From: Phoronis australis
Taxonomy: Eukaryota > Animalia > Phoronida
NCBI GenBank assembly: GCA_002633005.1
Contig: NMRA01000034.1
Coordinates: 1,235,207-1,299,206 of the forward strand
Length of the DNA stretch: 64,000 bases
Reading direction: 5' to 3'
How positions within the stretch are numbered: position 1 is the first letter of the stretch; each line of letters starts with the position of its first letter. Position numbers and translations under genes: made by a program. Positions 12,801 to 24,400 of this stretch are shown here, piece by piece. The notes beneath the pieces were generated by a model that made no database searches, was not told the origin of the DNA, and saw only the letters and a list, made by a program, of their open reading frames with translations.

Positions 12801-13593
12801 TAGTTACGTCTGAAAAGATCACCAGAACTTGAAACCGAGACTAGTTCAGTGTTCTGTTGGTAGCATTGGTCAATCTCTGTCCTGACTCGGGGCATGAACC
12901 TGGGACTAGACCACTGACATAAGTGGTACCACCATTCAGTTACAGAAGTCCAGTCAGACTTATAGGAGACATTGGTTCCCAACTACTGGCAGAGTTTGCG
13001 AGAGCTATGTTCTGTCATTCACTTTGGGTGTAGTATATTTCTAAACCATGTCATAACGGAACTAAAAATTTCTTAATACTGAAACGCGTTGATGGTAACA
13101 ATTTACTCCATGCTGATGGTATAAAACAACTAGGTCAACCTACTGATTGTTTTAACCCGTGGTGGTATATATGGAGCCTGCTGGTAAATGAAGGTAAACC
13201 AAGAATTGTATGCTTTAGCTTCTAATGTAATTTAACTTGGAGACCTTATTCTGAATTACCAATTACAAAATACAAATACCTGGGAGCATAATTATTGCGA
13301 TACATTACCGGTATTTCTAGTTTTGATGCAAGTGCTACCACATATTGTGATTCTACTGTTAGACAACTTGCTGCACTTATCACGAACTTAAGTGTGAGGG
13401 ATGTTGGTTTAATTTTCCTTTTTCTATCATCAAATATTATTTATCAGATGACCTCAGGAGACTGTTCACCCATGCTGGTTTGGAAGAGAGGCAAAATTTG
13501 ATTGACAGGCGTCTTCAAGTCAACAGAGGGCGCCAGCTGAAGATGTACAGAGTGTGGATACAGTGTAAATATCAGAAACCATTCCCCACGTGA
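3629..13593 (+). CDS. METTL2: tRNA N3-methylcytidine (m3C32) methyltransferase METTL2, spliced, 362 aa
   Basis: Exons 3629-3807, 5336-5427, 6315-6445, 6667-6783, 7858-7907, 8996-9056, 10947-11086, 12272-12378, 12521-12586 and 13448-13593 (1089 nt), all GT-AG with consistent phases. Family motifs: [34 protein letters not shown] motif [58 protein letters not shown]. Confidence 0.95.
5336..5427 (+). CDS. METTL2: METTL2 coding exon 2
   Basis: [30 protein letters not shown]; ttcag/gtacgt. Confidence 0.92.
6315..6445 (+). CDS. METTL2: METTL2 coding exon 3
   Basis: [35 protein letters not shown]...; ttag/gtaaat. Confidence 0.92.
6667..6783 (+). CDS. METTL2: METTL2 coding exon 4
   Basis: ESVDK...[13 protein letters not shown]; caacag/gtttga. 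Confidence 0.88.
7858..7907 (+). CDS. METTL2: METTL2 coding exon 5 (SAM-binding motif)
   Basis: [16 protein letters not shown]; tttcag/gtaggt. Confidence 0.93.
8082..8260 (+). mobile_element. MITE fragment (GGGCCTGTTTCATGAA end, PIF/Harbinger-like)
   Basis: Terminal motif repeated internally (CCCCATTTCATGAAA) with short inverted TAAGACC/GGTCTAA motifs. Confidence 0.4.
8996..9056 (+). CDS. METTL2: METTL2 coding exon 6
   Basis: [20 protein letters not shown]; tgcag/gtaatg. Confidence 0.93.
9765..10560 (+). mobile_element. HINE/DINE-1-like element(s) in METTL2 intron 6
   Basis: Heads TTTTATGCACCCACAT at 9765 and 10177, hairpin with GTGGGTGCA, CATGAAA(A)TTT core, CGCCTCCTAGTGGC at 10420. Confidence 0.7.
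10947..11086 (+). CDS. METTL2: METTL2 coding exon 7
   Basis: [17 protein letters not shown]...[17 protein letters not shown]; cctcag/gtatgt. Confidence 0.93.
12272..12378 (+). CDS. METTL2: METTL2 coding exon 8
   Basis: [35 protein letters not shown]; gtag/gtaaga. Confidence 0.93.
12521..12586 (+). CDS. METTL2: METTL2 coding exon 9
   Basis: [22 protein letters not shown]; ttacag/gtaaat. Confidence 0.93.
13448..13593 (+). CDS. METTL2: METTL2 coding exon 10 (last)
   Basis: [47 protein letters not shown]. Confidence 0.93.
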
Positions 13594-14586
13594 CAAAAAC
13601 TTGGCTTAACGAAAATGAAGTTTCTTGGTGTCCAGAAGTATATGTCAACACAATTCCTGTAAATTGTGAATCCAGATTCGTAGTCCTATCTTCATTTTAT
13701 GTAATTTACTGAGACAGGAATGGTCTTGTTCATGGACTTTCCAAATAAGGTACAGTGTACCTTATGGCAGATAATTGCTTGTTTTAATCTCATCAAAGCA
13801 TTGCCAAACAACAGAGAAATTAAAGCTCCATGCAGCATTCATACACATTTTCCAAAAAGCTTGGTGGATTTTTGTCCCACTTCCCTCGTCGTCATGGTGC
13901 TAACCTGTTACTGCACCATGGGAATCTGTTCGTTACACCTCAGGGTGATTTTACTTTTGCTGGGCTTTTAACTTGAAGAGACCTTATATAGAAGTTTTCC
14001 ATCTTGCCCTTCTCTGTTGGGAAATGCACAAGTTCTCTGTAGTCATGTTGAAGATGTGGATCAAAGTTAGAAAAATATAAAAAAAAACTCTGAAGTTGCA
14101 CTCAAAAACAATTTAAATGCTTTTAATGATGGTCCTGTACATGTATGTGCCTGTACACTATGTGTCACCTACAAAATGATGGATTTGTAATTTGTGTTGG
14201 TGTGGAAGTATTGCAACAAATCCTGAATTAATGTACGTGCAGTCTGAACATGTTTTAGTTTTTAAATTGTGTGGCTGCAAAGTCTAAAATTGCAATGAGA
14301 TTTGATAGCAAAGTGACCTTTATTTACCAGCTGTATCTTCCATTTTCAAAAATCATGTACATGTACATTCACTGTCTATAGCAATTCATGAATTTTTACT
14401 AATTAATGACCTCTGGGTGTGCCACCTCATGAACTGTTTGCCCTCTGGCTCCTGTCACGGAGCATACTCTTAGCATCTGAATTCCAACCATGCACAAGCA
14501 CTCTTGTCATAGACATTGCATGAATCGTAACACAATACATTGCAGAATGGCAAACAGGCACTTTCAGACCTAAGTTGATGAAACTA

Positions 14587-14592
14587 AATAAA
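14587..14592 (+). terminator. candidate METTL2 polyadenylation signal
   Basis: AATAAA ~1 kb after the stop; an alternative lies at 15090-15095. Confidence 0.4.
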
Positions 14593-14994
14593 CATTTCTG
14601 ATACTAGAGTATTTGATCAATGTTCCACACCACAGGGTAGTGGCCTTTGGTGTTCAGTGAACACTTTTCCGTATTTTTCCATGGTAAGGTGCCTTGTCTG
14701 TTATTCAGGTTACGTGGTGTTTTGTGGAGGGTGGTAAGGGTTCTACTTCATTGGAAAACTTTTGTAGCCTGAGGTAAAGGTATGTTCCCCTGAGTGCTTT
14801 TCATATTGTTGATTTCATTGTTTTCTGATTAAGAGTCTATTTGAAAGTTTTCTCCAAATAGTCCTAACCCTCAAACAGGTACATTTCTCCAATACAGGCA
14901 ATGTAATGCTCACTTTCCATTACTGTTCTGAAGATAGTAGGGCTAAGCATAAACTTGTATGGTAATTGCTGGAAAGAAATTGTTTTAAATACAA

Positions 14995-15038
14995 TTTATT
15001 CAATGGCAAATTTCAATTCTGTTGTTTTCACTTTTATT
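14995..15038 (-). terminator. candidate SENP polyadenylation signals
   Basis: Two minus-strand AATAAA (14995-15000, 15033-15038), ~350-400 nt after the stop. Confidence 0.5.
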
Positions 15039-15390
15039 TGGCAGAACCTCACATTTAATGAAGCAATTTAATCAGTACTCAGCAATGAAAATAAATACAG
15101 GTACAGTGTATCAAATATCCCATCAATTTCTACATATCTTGTTCTTTACAGAATACAGCAACCCACAGTCGTGACAATAAGCTACAAATCCCATACATCT
15201 CTCCAGGACCAACTCTGTATACAGAGTTGGTCCGTACAGTGACGTTGACCATTGCACCAACCCTCTGTTGCTAGTGAGGTGGTCATGGCAGCAACATTTG
15301 TCGTCGAGATTCAACTCATCAGGCTTGGCTTGAACATGTCCCCCGCTGTTACCACGTCTCCTTTAGTGTCGCCAGTTGTAATTGATCAGA

Positions 15391-15453
15391 TCACAGCAAG
15401 GTGTTGGTTAGAATCTCGTACACCATTCGCCTGCGAAAGTACGGCATGTCCTC
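15391..15453 (-). CDS. SENP1: SENP exon 19 (last)
   Basis: [20 protein letters not shown]. Confidence 0.93.
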   Translation of the reverse strand, partial: EDMPYFRRRMVYEILTNTLL

Positions 15454-18400
15454 CTGAATAAGAGTGGGAACAATTGAGATATTTGAAGGAAGACTTCATC
15501 AAAGATTTCCAATCAATTTTTAATTCTTGAACAAGGCATCACGATGGTCCCATGCAGGATTGTTGCTGAATGTGCTGGCAACTCGAGTCACAGGCAGGGC
15601 ATACAATGTGCTATTTTTGAATTTGAAATTTCAGGGTCGGCCAACTCCAATAAACTCTGAAGCATTTTTGTAAGTCACTGATGGTTTTGATGTTCTTTTT
15701 GGTAATGGAAATGGGATCCTATCATGCGAAGGAATAATACGAGACTGATTTTATGAGTAAAGTGGTTTGATTCAATTTCTGGCAGCTAAATCCAAAATAA
15801 ATTCAGTAATAACATTATTTCACCTTAATTCTAATGAACTCCAAGCTAATTCAAAACTATGGTTTTACAATAAATGATGTTCAAGGAAATAAAAACCATT
15901 ATAATAACACAATGACAATGCAACAATTTGCTAAGCACTGCATTTGCACGTGTTGCAAATGTCATCACAGGAGTTAACTGCTTTTTACACAAAAGTCATG
16001 TAATAAAGACAACCAAAAGCAATGTGTTGATGTATGCTCACTTCAAATAGTATGTTTCTAGATATGCTCATCAGCTTCACGATAATCGAGCTTTAAAAAA
16101 CAATTCTGTCCAAGCCCAGAAGTTGCATCTAATTTGATTAAGGAACAATTTGCAACCAACTTCATAACATTAAATGTGGTCTGGATCTAACATCGTTTTC
16201 TTTGACAGAATGAGTGTCTATAGCAACTTTAACTGTGTTGATAAATTGTGCAGTACCTGTGTGAAAGTAATCTCTGCTTTTCTGGTGATATACTCCGCAT
16301 ATTTACAGGCAAACATTCCACAATCGCTGCCATTCATCTGTGATGGAATGTCCTAAGAAGACAATTAATGCTAAAACAATATTACAATTACAAAATTGAG
16401 AATTACATTGACCACATTATGCGCTAGACCAATCACTTTAGAAACGATATCATAGTTTGTATTCACTTACCACAAGATGGATGAATTGTGATAAAACACT
16501 GTGTGATTTTAATACCTGAAAACGTGCGAGAACAGCTGCAATGAAATGCACCCATGTCTGCACTGCAAACAGAATGTTTCTAGGAGTGTCATTAGAATCG
16601 TGACCACACTTCAGTTGTAAGTTTGTCACTTAAGCCAGGCATAAAGCCACATAGACTTGGATTAAGAGGAAGAGGAGATGAATCGCAACACAAATATCAG
16701 CAAATTTGGCCTCGACTGAAATTCAAACGACGAAGGACTTGCATTCAAACATCTCTTTTTACTGGTATGTTGTGGAATGAGATTTGAAAGAAGGCTATTT
16801 ATAACATAAGTTGGAGAGCAGTCACGGAGCCAATCTCGAGTTATAAGTCAAGTAACTCAAGTTGGCCACTACATGACAGCTGAAAATTGACTGGTGCTGG
16901 TACATGATTGTACATATAACAGCCTTACACTTCTCTGTCAAGGTCCATCAGAGCATTTCTTGAGCCACATTGACAATTAATCAACAGACAAGCAATATAG
17001 GAGCTATGGTAGTCCAGTCTGTATGATCACCAACTGGCGAGGACACAACCCAGTCATAAATCCTTGTGTTAATTTTATCAAAAGCTGCCACACCATTATT
17101 ACAACAGGCAAGAAATATATTTTAACTAAGAGAACCAACAAACGGTTGCCATGGCAACCAAATGTATCCAAAGCTCTGATCACTCGAAGGAGAGGGGGTT
17201 TAGAAAAGACGAATCATGACAGGAAGGCGAGTAGACTCAAGGTGACACACGAAAGTAACAACAGACAGACGGATGGGGCAACATTTTTGTGAGCTCACAA
17301 TAACACTTACCTTGACAATTTCGTCAGTCCAATCAGACATGTCAAAAGGTATGTTCTTCTTATCCATACTTTCATCTTGCAGATACTGCCGCAACGCCCG
17401 TAAGCAGCCATGGTTCTTACCACCCATGGAGTCAAAGTATCGCAGCCGCTTAGTGTTGAAGTCTACAATCTGAAAACCGAACACCATCATGGAACGAGCA
17501 AAATGTACACCATCATTCTGAACATTAGTTCCAAATCAGTCATGTAATGCTACAAACTATTGAAAAAGTAATGCACACCAGCAAAGGCGCAAGGGTCTCG
17601 CCTCACAGCCCTGTGTTACCCATTTAGATCTGGTATAATTCACCAGCTTTACATTACAGGTTATTGCAGAACCATCGATGGGTCATATTAGTTGAAGAAA
17701 ACAGACCTGGCCACCTTGACAATATCACAGTTACACACACAGAGCTGACAATGCTGATTTTATCACCACCACATGAAACATTATGGCACCACAAACGGAA
17801 TGCTTCTAGAGGTGTTGGGTTAGTACAAAAAAATTCCACTAAATGGCGCAGGATATACTAAACCTTTGAAAAATGGGAAAGCATTGTCGTCGGCCAAATT
17901 TTACGAAAAGTCATCATGGAACACCAAATGTGAAAGTGTAAAAGAAATTGCCAATAGATGGCACAGCGGTAGTCGAATCCATCTAAAAGAAATCGTGATC
18001 TGTTGCCAAGTTCAGAGGAAAACACTAGCCAAATTTCATAAAGATCCTGGGCTTGGTAAAGGCAGCTGCAAATGCAAAAAACAATGCAACTCGGCGCACC
18101 ACAGTAGGTGGACACGTAAGCAAATCAACAACCTCCAATTTTTATAATAATCCTCTGAGCTGTTTGGTGGATACAGTGGTTGAGGACTCACAAAAAATAA
18201 AAATAGCCAATTATGTTCTGCCAAATATGTTGAATCTGTCCAAAAATGGTAAGGCGTCGTCATCTTTCTAATAATATTTATTTGACTATCAAATTTCATG
18301 AGAATCCGTTAAGGAACTCGAAAGATACAGTCGAAATTAAAAACACTAAAATTGTCACAAGGGGCACAGTGTTAGTCAGACGGGAAATACACGTCAACCA

Positions 18401-21400
18401 GAAAGAGATGAAAGCAATATGCACCCACATAATGCGGGTACATAAATAAGGCATGCAAATGATGCTATGGATTTCAGTGTTTGGAGAGATTGTATGTGAA
18501 AAAGAACTTACTGCAAGACACCAGTGCATTCCCAGATGGACAGGGATGAGGATGAAGTCAAAGGAAAAGATGTCTACTCTCCTTGTCCATCGTTTCAGTA
18601 CAGGATGGCCACCTGATCAAAGCAAATACACAAGACATACAGAAACCCAGTGTGCAATAGATTTAACATGGTTGTACAAACACCTCTGCCTATTTGTAAA
18701 CAGAATATTACTAAATCCATTGACTCGAGATTTTGCAAACAATTCAAAACGACAATCCTGTGCAAGTCTTACTGAAAAAAATTATGTTAAAAAGACGAAT
18801 CGTTTCAGTTACGAGCCTGCCTTCTGATAAAATATCTTATTGATGATTTGTTCCTTACTCAGGTTGGAAGTGATGTCTGAGTATGGGAAGAATTGATGGT
18901 TACTGCTTGAGACTAGACTGAATAAGGGCAAAGCAGTAACTACTTGCCAGCTAGCCCAGAAATTTCTTCTAATATTCTGATAAGTAGCCTGAATTTATAT
19001 AAAAGTTTGTTTGTTTTACAGGATTGGTTAGTTCGGGAAACCTTTAAATAATATTCACAACATAAGGCCAACAATAGCACCATTGGTCCAGGTCTGCACG
19101 CTCACTGTTTAAAGAAAAAAGCTAGATCCCAACACATTTCAGCTGGCATCAGATGTACATGGAGGAAAAAAAATAACTCTGACCTCAGAGGGCATTAGGT
19201 GACTCTGGGGGAAAAAAGGTCATGGCCCATTTCAAGTGATTAGTTATCTTTATTTTTTGAAAATATTAATGACTAAAAATATATCGTATCACCGCATCAT
19301 TTTCTAATGGCATAAGCCACAACCATATAATGCAGTGCACACCAAAAATGATCAAACAAAATGATCAACAATTTCTGCCATGACAGCTGAGCACAAAACA
19401 AGTTCCCTGGCGTGAATTGGAACTTGCCATCAGAGTATGCTAAATTCCTTTCAATTTAGCAGATATTATAAAGTACATGCAGCTCCAAATGAACATTTTT
19501 CCATGTTCATGTTCATGTTCTGTACCATATCCACCACATGACAATATTTTGAGTAACTATGACAATTTACAACAATGTTACAAGACCTTGAAAATTGAAA
19601 CCGGCAGTTTCAGTATTAAATAAGTTTGGTCAGAAATTAAAGATTGTACCGTAGTTAGAATGATCAATCATAACCTGTCATAGAAGGAAATGGTATTTTG
19701 GATCATGATTATTTTTGGTGTGTACTGAACACAAAAGCAGCCTCAGAAAATGGTACATGATAGGCAACTCACCTGACATTAGCTTTTGGTAAAAGAATGT
19801 GTTGAACACGTGTACTTTAGGAAAGTCATCCTTTCCACCCCTGGCAGCTAACATGCTCATGTAGAAATTAATGACCTATGAAGTAATATATTAGTGAGTT
19901 GGATAATAGTTGAAGACATGCACAGCTCCAGTTTATTACAACATCAGATTATAAACAACAGATTCGCAACTCCGACATTTTCTTCCGCAATATCTTAAGA
20001 GGCGGCGCCACTCTCCTAAATTATCTGGTTCATTTTCCCGTTAGTGTATTGAGACATGAAATTCTCGCATCTAGTTTACTGTCCAGTACAACGAAAACAA
20101 AATAATAATTTCAGCATCAAAACGCTGAACCTTAAAATAGTAGAACTGTTGGTATCGTGAGTACTTTTAGCAATACTACTACCACCTGACCACACAACAG
20201 CCAACCAAAATTAGCAGACGGCGTACTTGCCGGAAATAATACCAGATAAATTGGCCAGGTGTCACTAGTAAATAATGATGTAATGTTGTGCGGAAGAGCA
20301 CAGATTTTGTCCATTGAAAGTATACGGAGTTGGTGGTCCAGGTACTATAGTCTATGGTTACAACACCTACAGCACCAAGCTGTACAAGATAGATGATAGA
20401 TGTAGCATACATGCTTCCTATTTATGGCCAATTGAACACTCTGGAAACAAAACGTAACTACATTTCTTATATCTAACATCAGAAAAATTTACTACGAGAG
20501 CGAATCATCAGTTCAATACAAACTTAGAGAGGTTAATTTTGCCATCTTTCTGGTGAATCTTGAATTTGAGGTAGCCAATATTGCGCATTTCTAGAATTTG
20601 GGACAAGCTTAAGACCATGAGCAAAATAATTTATTTTTCGCTGTCCCAAAATAGAGAATTTCTACCATAATAGGTCCCTGTCAAACCAGACGAATTGTTT
20701 GAAGGCATTGTGGGTGACTAAGGATGGTATTAAGTATGTTGAGGCCTTCTTAACTGCTAAGTCGTGCAACGAATGCGGAGGTCTATATGTTTTGAGTTGA
20801 ATCATATTCCATACAAACTACCACTAACCAGGCTAGCACGAACTAAGCTGATTTGTTTAGTTAGGCATCATTCTATCCTTCAGTGTTGGATTTCTTGATT
20901 GTGCTTTCCTTTGCATTATTTTGTATTTTCACCAATGTATAAAAAGAGGACTTGCAACACATTACTAAAGCAGATTGAATAAACTGCTAGGACAGTTCAC
21001 AATAACTTTAACGAATCAAGTGTATAGTACGTTCTCTTTGGGGTAGTCAAGGCTTGCTGCTTGCGTATATGTTTATCATCATGCAAAAAAATTGTTTAAT
21101 TATATTTCACCTTGTTGAAAATCCAAGCAAACCAGAACAATGCACGGCATTGATATGCAGCCAACATGTGCACAGCATACAACGCTGATACAAGATGAAC
21201 GGAACAAATTTAAACTGCCATGTAGAACTATGATCACTATCGATTGTTCCATTCACAGAGAACCAAACATTAACCCGTGATAAAATGTGATGCTTTTATT
21301 AATTTTCAAGTGATAAACTTACTAAACTTTGTGGTGGAAAAAAGCTCATGTAAGTTTTGCAGATTATTACAATAACCGCGACAATATCGCACTGGTCAGT

Positions 21401-24400
21401 CCCCCTGCTCGCAAGGTTCTGACTGACAATCATGATTTGGAAATGCCATCAAGTAACAGCCTGTGTCAATGCGTGTCTCATTTCTTTCAGCAGAGTAGTT
21501 TGAGTAGCCAAGAAATACTTAAAGCCCTAATTTTTCTTGTTTCTGAGGCAGCATGTTAGCATATGTATGAATCATATGTCAATCACAAGTTGGTGCTAAT
21601 GTAACAAAACAGTGATTCAAATCCACAAACTTATGCGCGCGCATGCACACACGCACGCACGCACGCACACACACCACTCCAAAGCCACAAATCAAAAGAG
21701 AACACCGACAGCCCTAAATAAAGCAGTTTAGTGTCTTAGCCCTAGGCTATTAAGTGCCTAAAATGTTTATTTAGCAATGGCAATTATTTGAGACCAAGTG
21801 GTTTACGATGTTCCCCAGGCCAGATATTCTCCTGTTCCGATGTTTCCCTAGCTTGATGTTCCTTGAGCTCGATGTTCTATGCCAGTAGCCAGCTATTGAA
21901 ACTAAACAGAGAGGTGCCAAATTATGATTAGCAAACGTTTATTCTTCACTTCATTAAGTCTCCCCACTACTGCCAATTTTTCAATCCCTGGGTCGTCAGT
22001 TGACCACGTGGTAGACTATTCAGACTCAATTGAAAGCAAAGTTGTTCCAGCTAAATCGGACCAATTGGAAACAAAATTATTTCAGGTGACTGAAAAGGGT
22101 AGGATATAAGGATATCTGCCAACACAGTCATGCCTAGGTGGAGTTTGCCACAAAAATCGTACGAAAATATTACTTAGATTCCAGTCTTTTAATTTTTTAT
22201 TAGTGCAAATATCAGGATTAACGACTGTGCTCACATGAGGGCTTAACTGTATACTTATACCATTAGCGGAAAATCTCATAATTACCAACAAGCCAGTTCA
22301 AGTTTTCTAAACCCAAGCAATGCAGTCGTTCAACTTCAAAAGCCTGAGTGTATTCTGCTACTCCTACCTCATCATTCAGCCAATTCAGTCCAGCCAGGGT
22401 GGCCATGTCTCGACGATGAATAGCGATCCTATGGGCAGTGACCAGAACCTCTGAATCGGGGTAGGGCACTAGGGCATTGTCAATTATCTCCTGCATCTCC
22501 GTGGTCAGTTCTGAAAACACCAAGTTCTGCCGCCTTAACACATACAATAACAACGTCCAACTTATAGGAAAATATTTGACAGGTATCTAACGATTTGTAA
22601 CAATCGTCAACACTTTTAGAGTTACTCGCACAAAGACAAAATGAAAACAAAACCCAGCCCCTAATTTCTTGAAAACACCAAAGTTGCACAATAAATTTGT
22701 AATAAGATGGAAGATAAGTTTCAATAGCAAAATCAAAATTTCACAGATAATAATCCATGCCTGATGTGACAAGTTGGCAGTTCATAGAAGGTATACGTTA
22801 AAAAAATTCTGTCCTGTGAATACCACTCTTGCCAGCTACATTGTACACTACAGTGATAAATGTCACTCATACCAGGAAGCTCCTCCTCTTCCTCTTCTTC
22901 CTCCTCATAACTCTCCTCAATCACAGCTGGCTCCTCCTCTTCTAGTCTCATCTGTTCTCGTATCTGCTGCTCCAACCGTTTAGCTTCTTTTTCATGCTAG
23001 AATTAACAAAGTCGAGTAACAAATGAAAACTATTGCAGGTACATTCAGATAAGATTATATTACCAAAAAATTGTATGCACATTTACAGGTCAATAATTAC
23101 ACAATCTAAAGGTAGATCTAAACAAGAGCAGAGCGTTGAAACGTCCCTACGACTTGTTAGTTTCACAGTCGTTATGTGATAAGACTAATTTGCCCACTAT
23201 AAAATCAAAACTGACAAATCCCTGACATATGCCTCTCTGTCGAGGTCCATCAACAAAGGGTAAAGCACAAATCCCGGAATCAGATCCTCCCAAAAGCCAC
23301 CTAAGCTGTGCTCTCATTAACACACCTAGCAAATTATTAACAAGGACAACCCTTCAAAGAACTTGGTATGTGTGGAGGCAAGGAACAAATTAAACCATCA
23401 CTAGGGGTCACAACTGTACAGTAATTTCTTGACGATCTTTCAAACTGTCTGGCAGGTACAGAAGCAAGTGCCAAAACAAAGTCACAGGACCATCATCATT
23501 TTAAATATTCCCTCTAGAGGGAGTAATGCTAGCACACTTAAAATAATCTCTAGGGGGTGCAAGTCACCTATGCTCTCCCTAATAGACACCTGCCACCTAT
23601 CACTATGACTCTTCAAGTAGTTTGACACATAGTGTGGCGGATAAGAAAAAAACAGACACGAAAATAATAAAAAGGGAATTAGGGGGCGCAGCAAACGTCA
23701 AATCCGTTTGAAATCGGGGTACGTTTACGGAGTTCAAAATAATCGGATTTGTCACAAAAATTCACCTCAGGAATTTTTATCCATGGGAACACACATGCCA
23801 AATTTCATGAAGATTGATTAAGACACTTGGCAGATATTGAAATGCCAACAAAAAATCATCAACTGTCCTCTTCTCAATAGGAAAACATATGCCAATTTTC
23901 AAAATGATGACACTAGGTGGCATAAAATAACCAAATAAATCCTGAAAATGAAGATGTCATCATCTCCTTATTAAAAACTTTTTGGCCACACTTCATGAAA
24001 ATTCATCAATGAACTCCAAACATACAAACAAGAGGATACAGCAATAGTCAGATTCATCCGAAATACGTTGTCATCAATTCTCATGATCATACGAAGCCTT
24101 TGGCTAATTTCACGAAGATTTTACAAGGGGTTCAGGAGACACATACATGGACAAACACCTGCCAAAGATCACAGCAATATGCAGCCACATGAACATATGT
24201 GGTAAATAGTGGAAAACAAAAACAACACTAGAGTGCAGGATGAAGACGTTTCGATATTAATCTTAAATCCTCCTCAGGTACACCAATGGACATATTTGGG
24301 TGCATAAAAGACTGATTGCTTACCCTATTTGCCATACATATTTTCTCAAGACTGCTTTACACAGAAAAATGCACAAGCACAATGTTGACTCACCAGTTCT

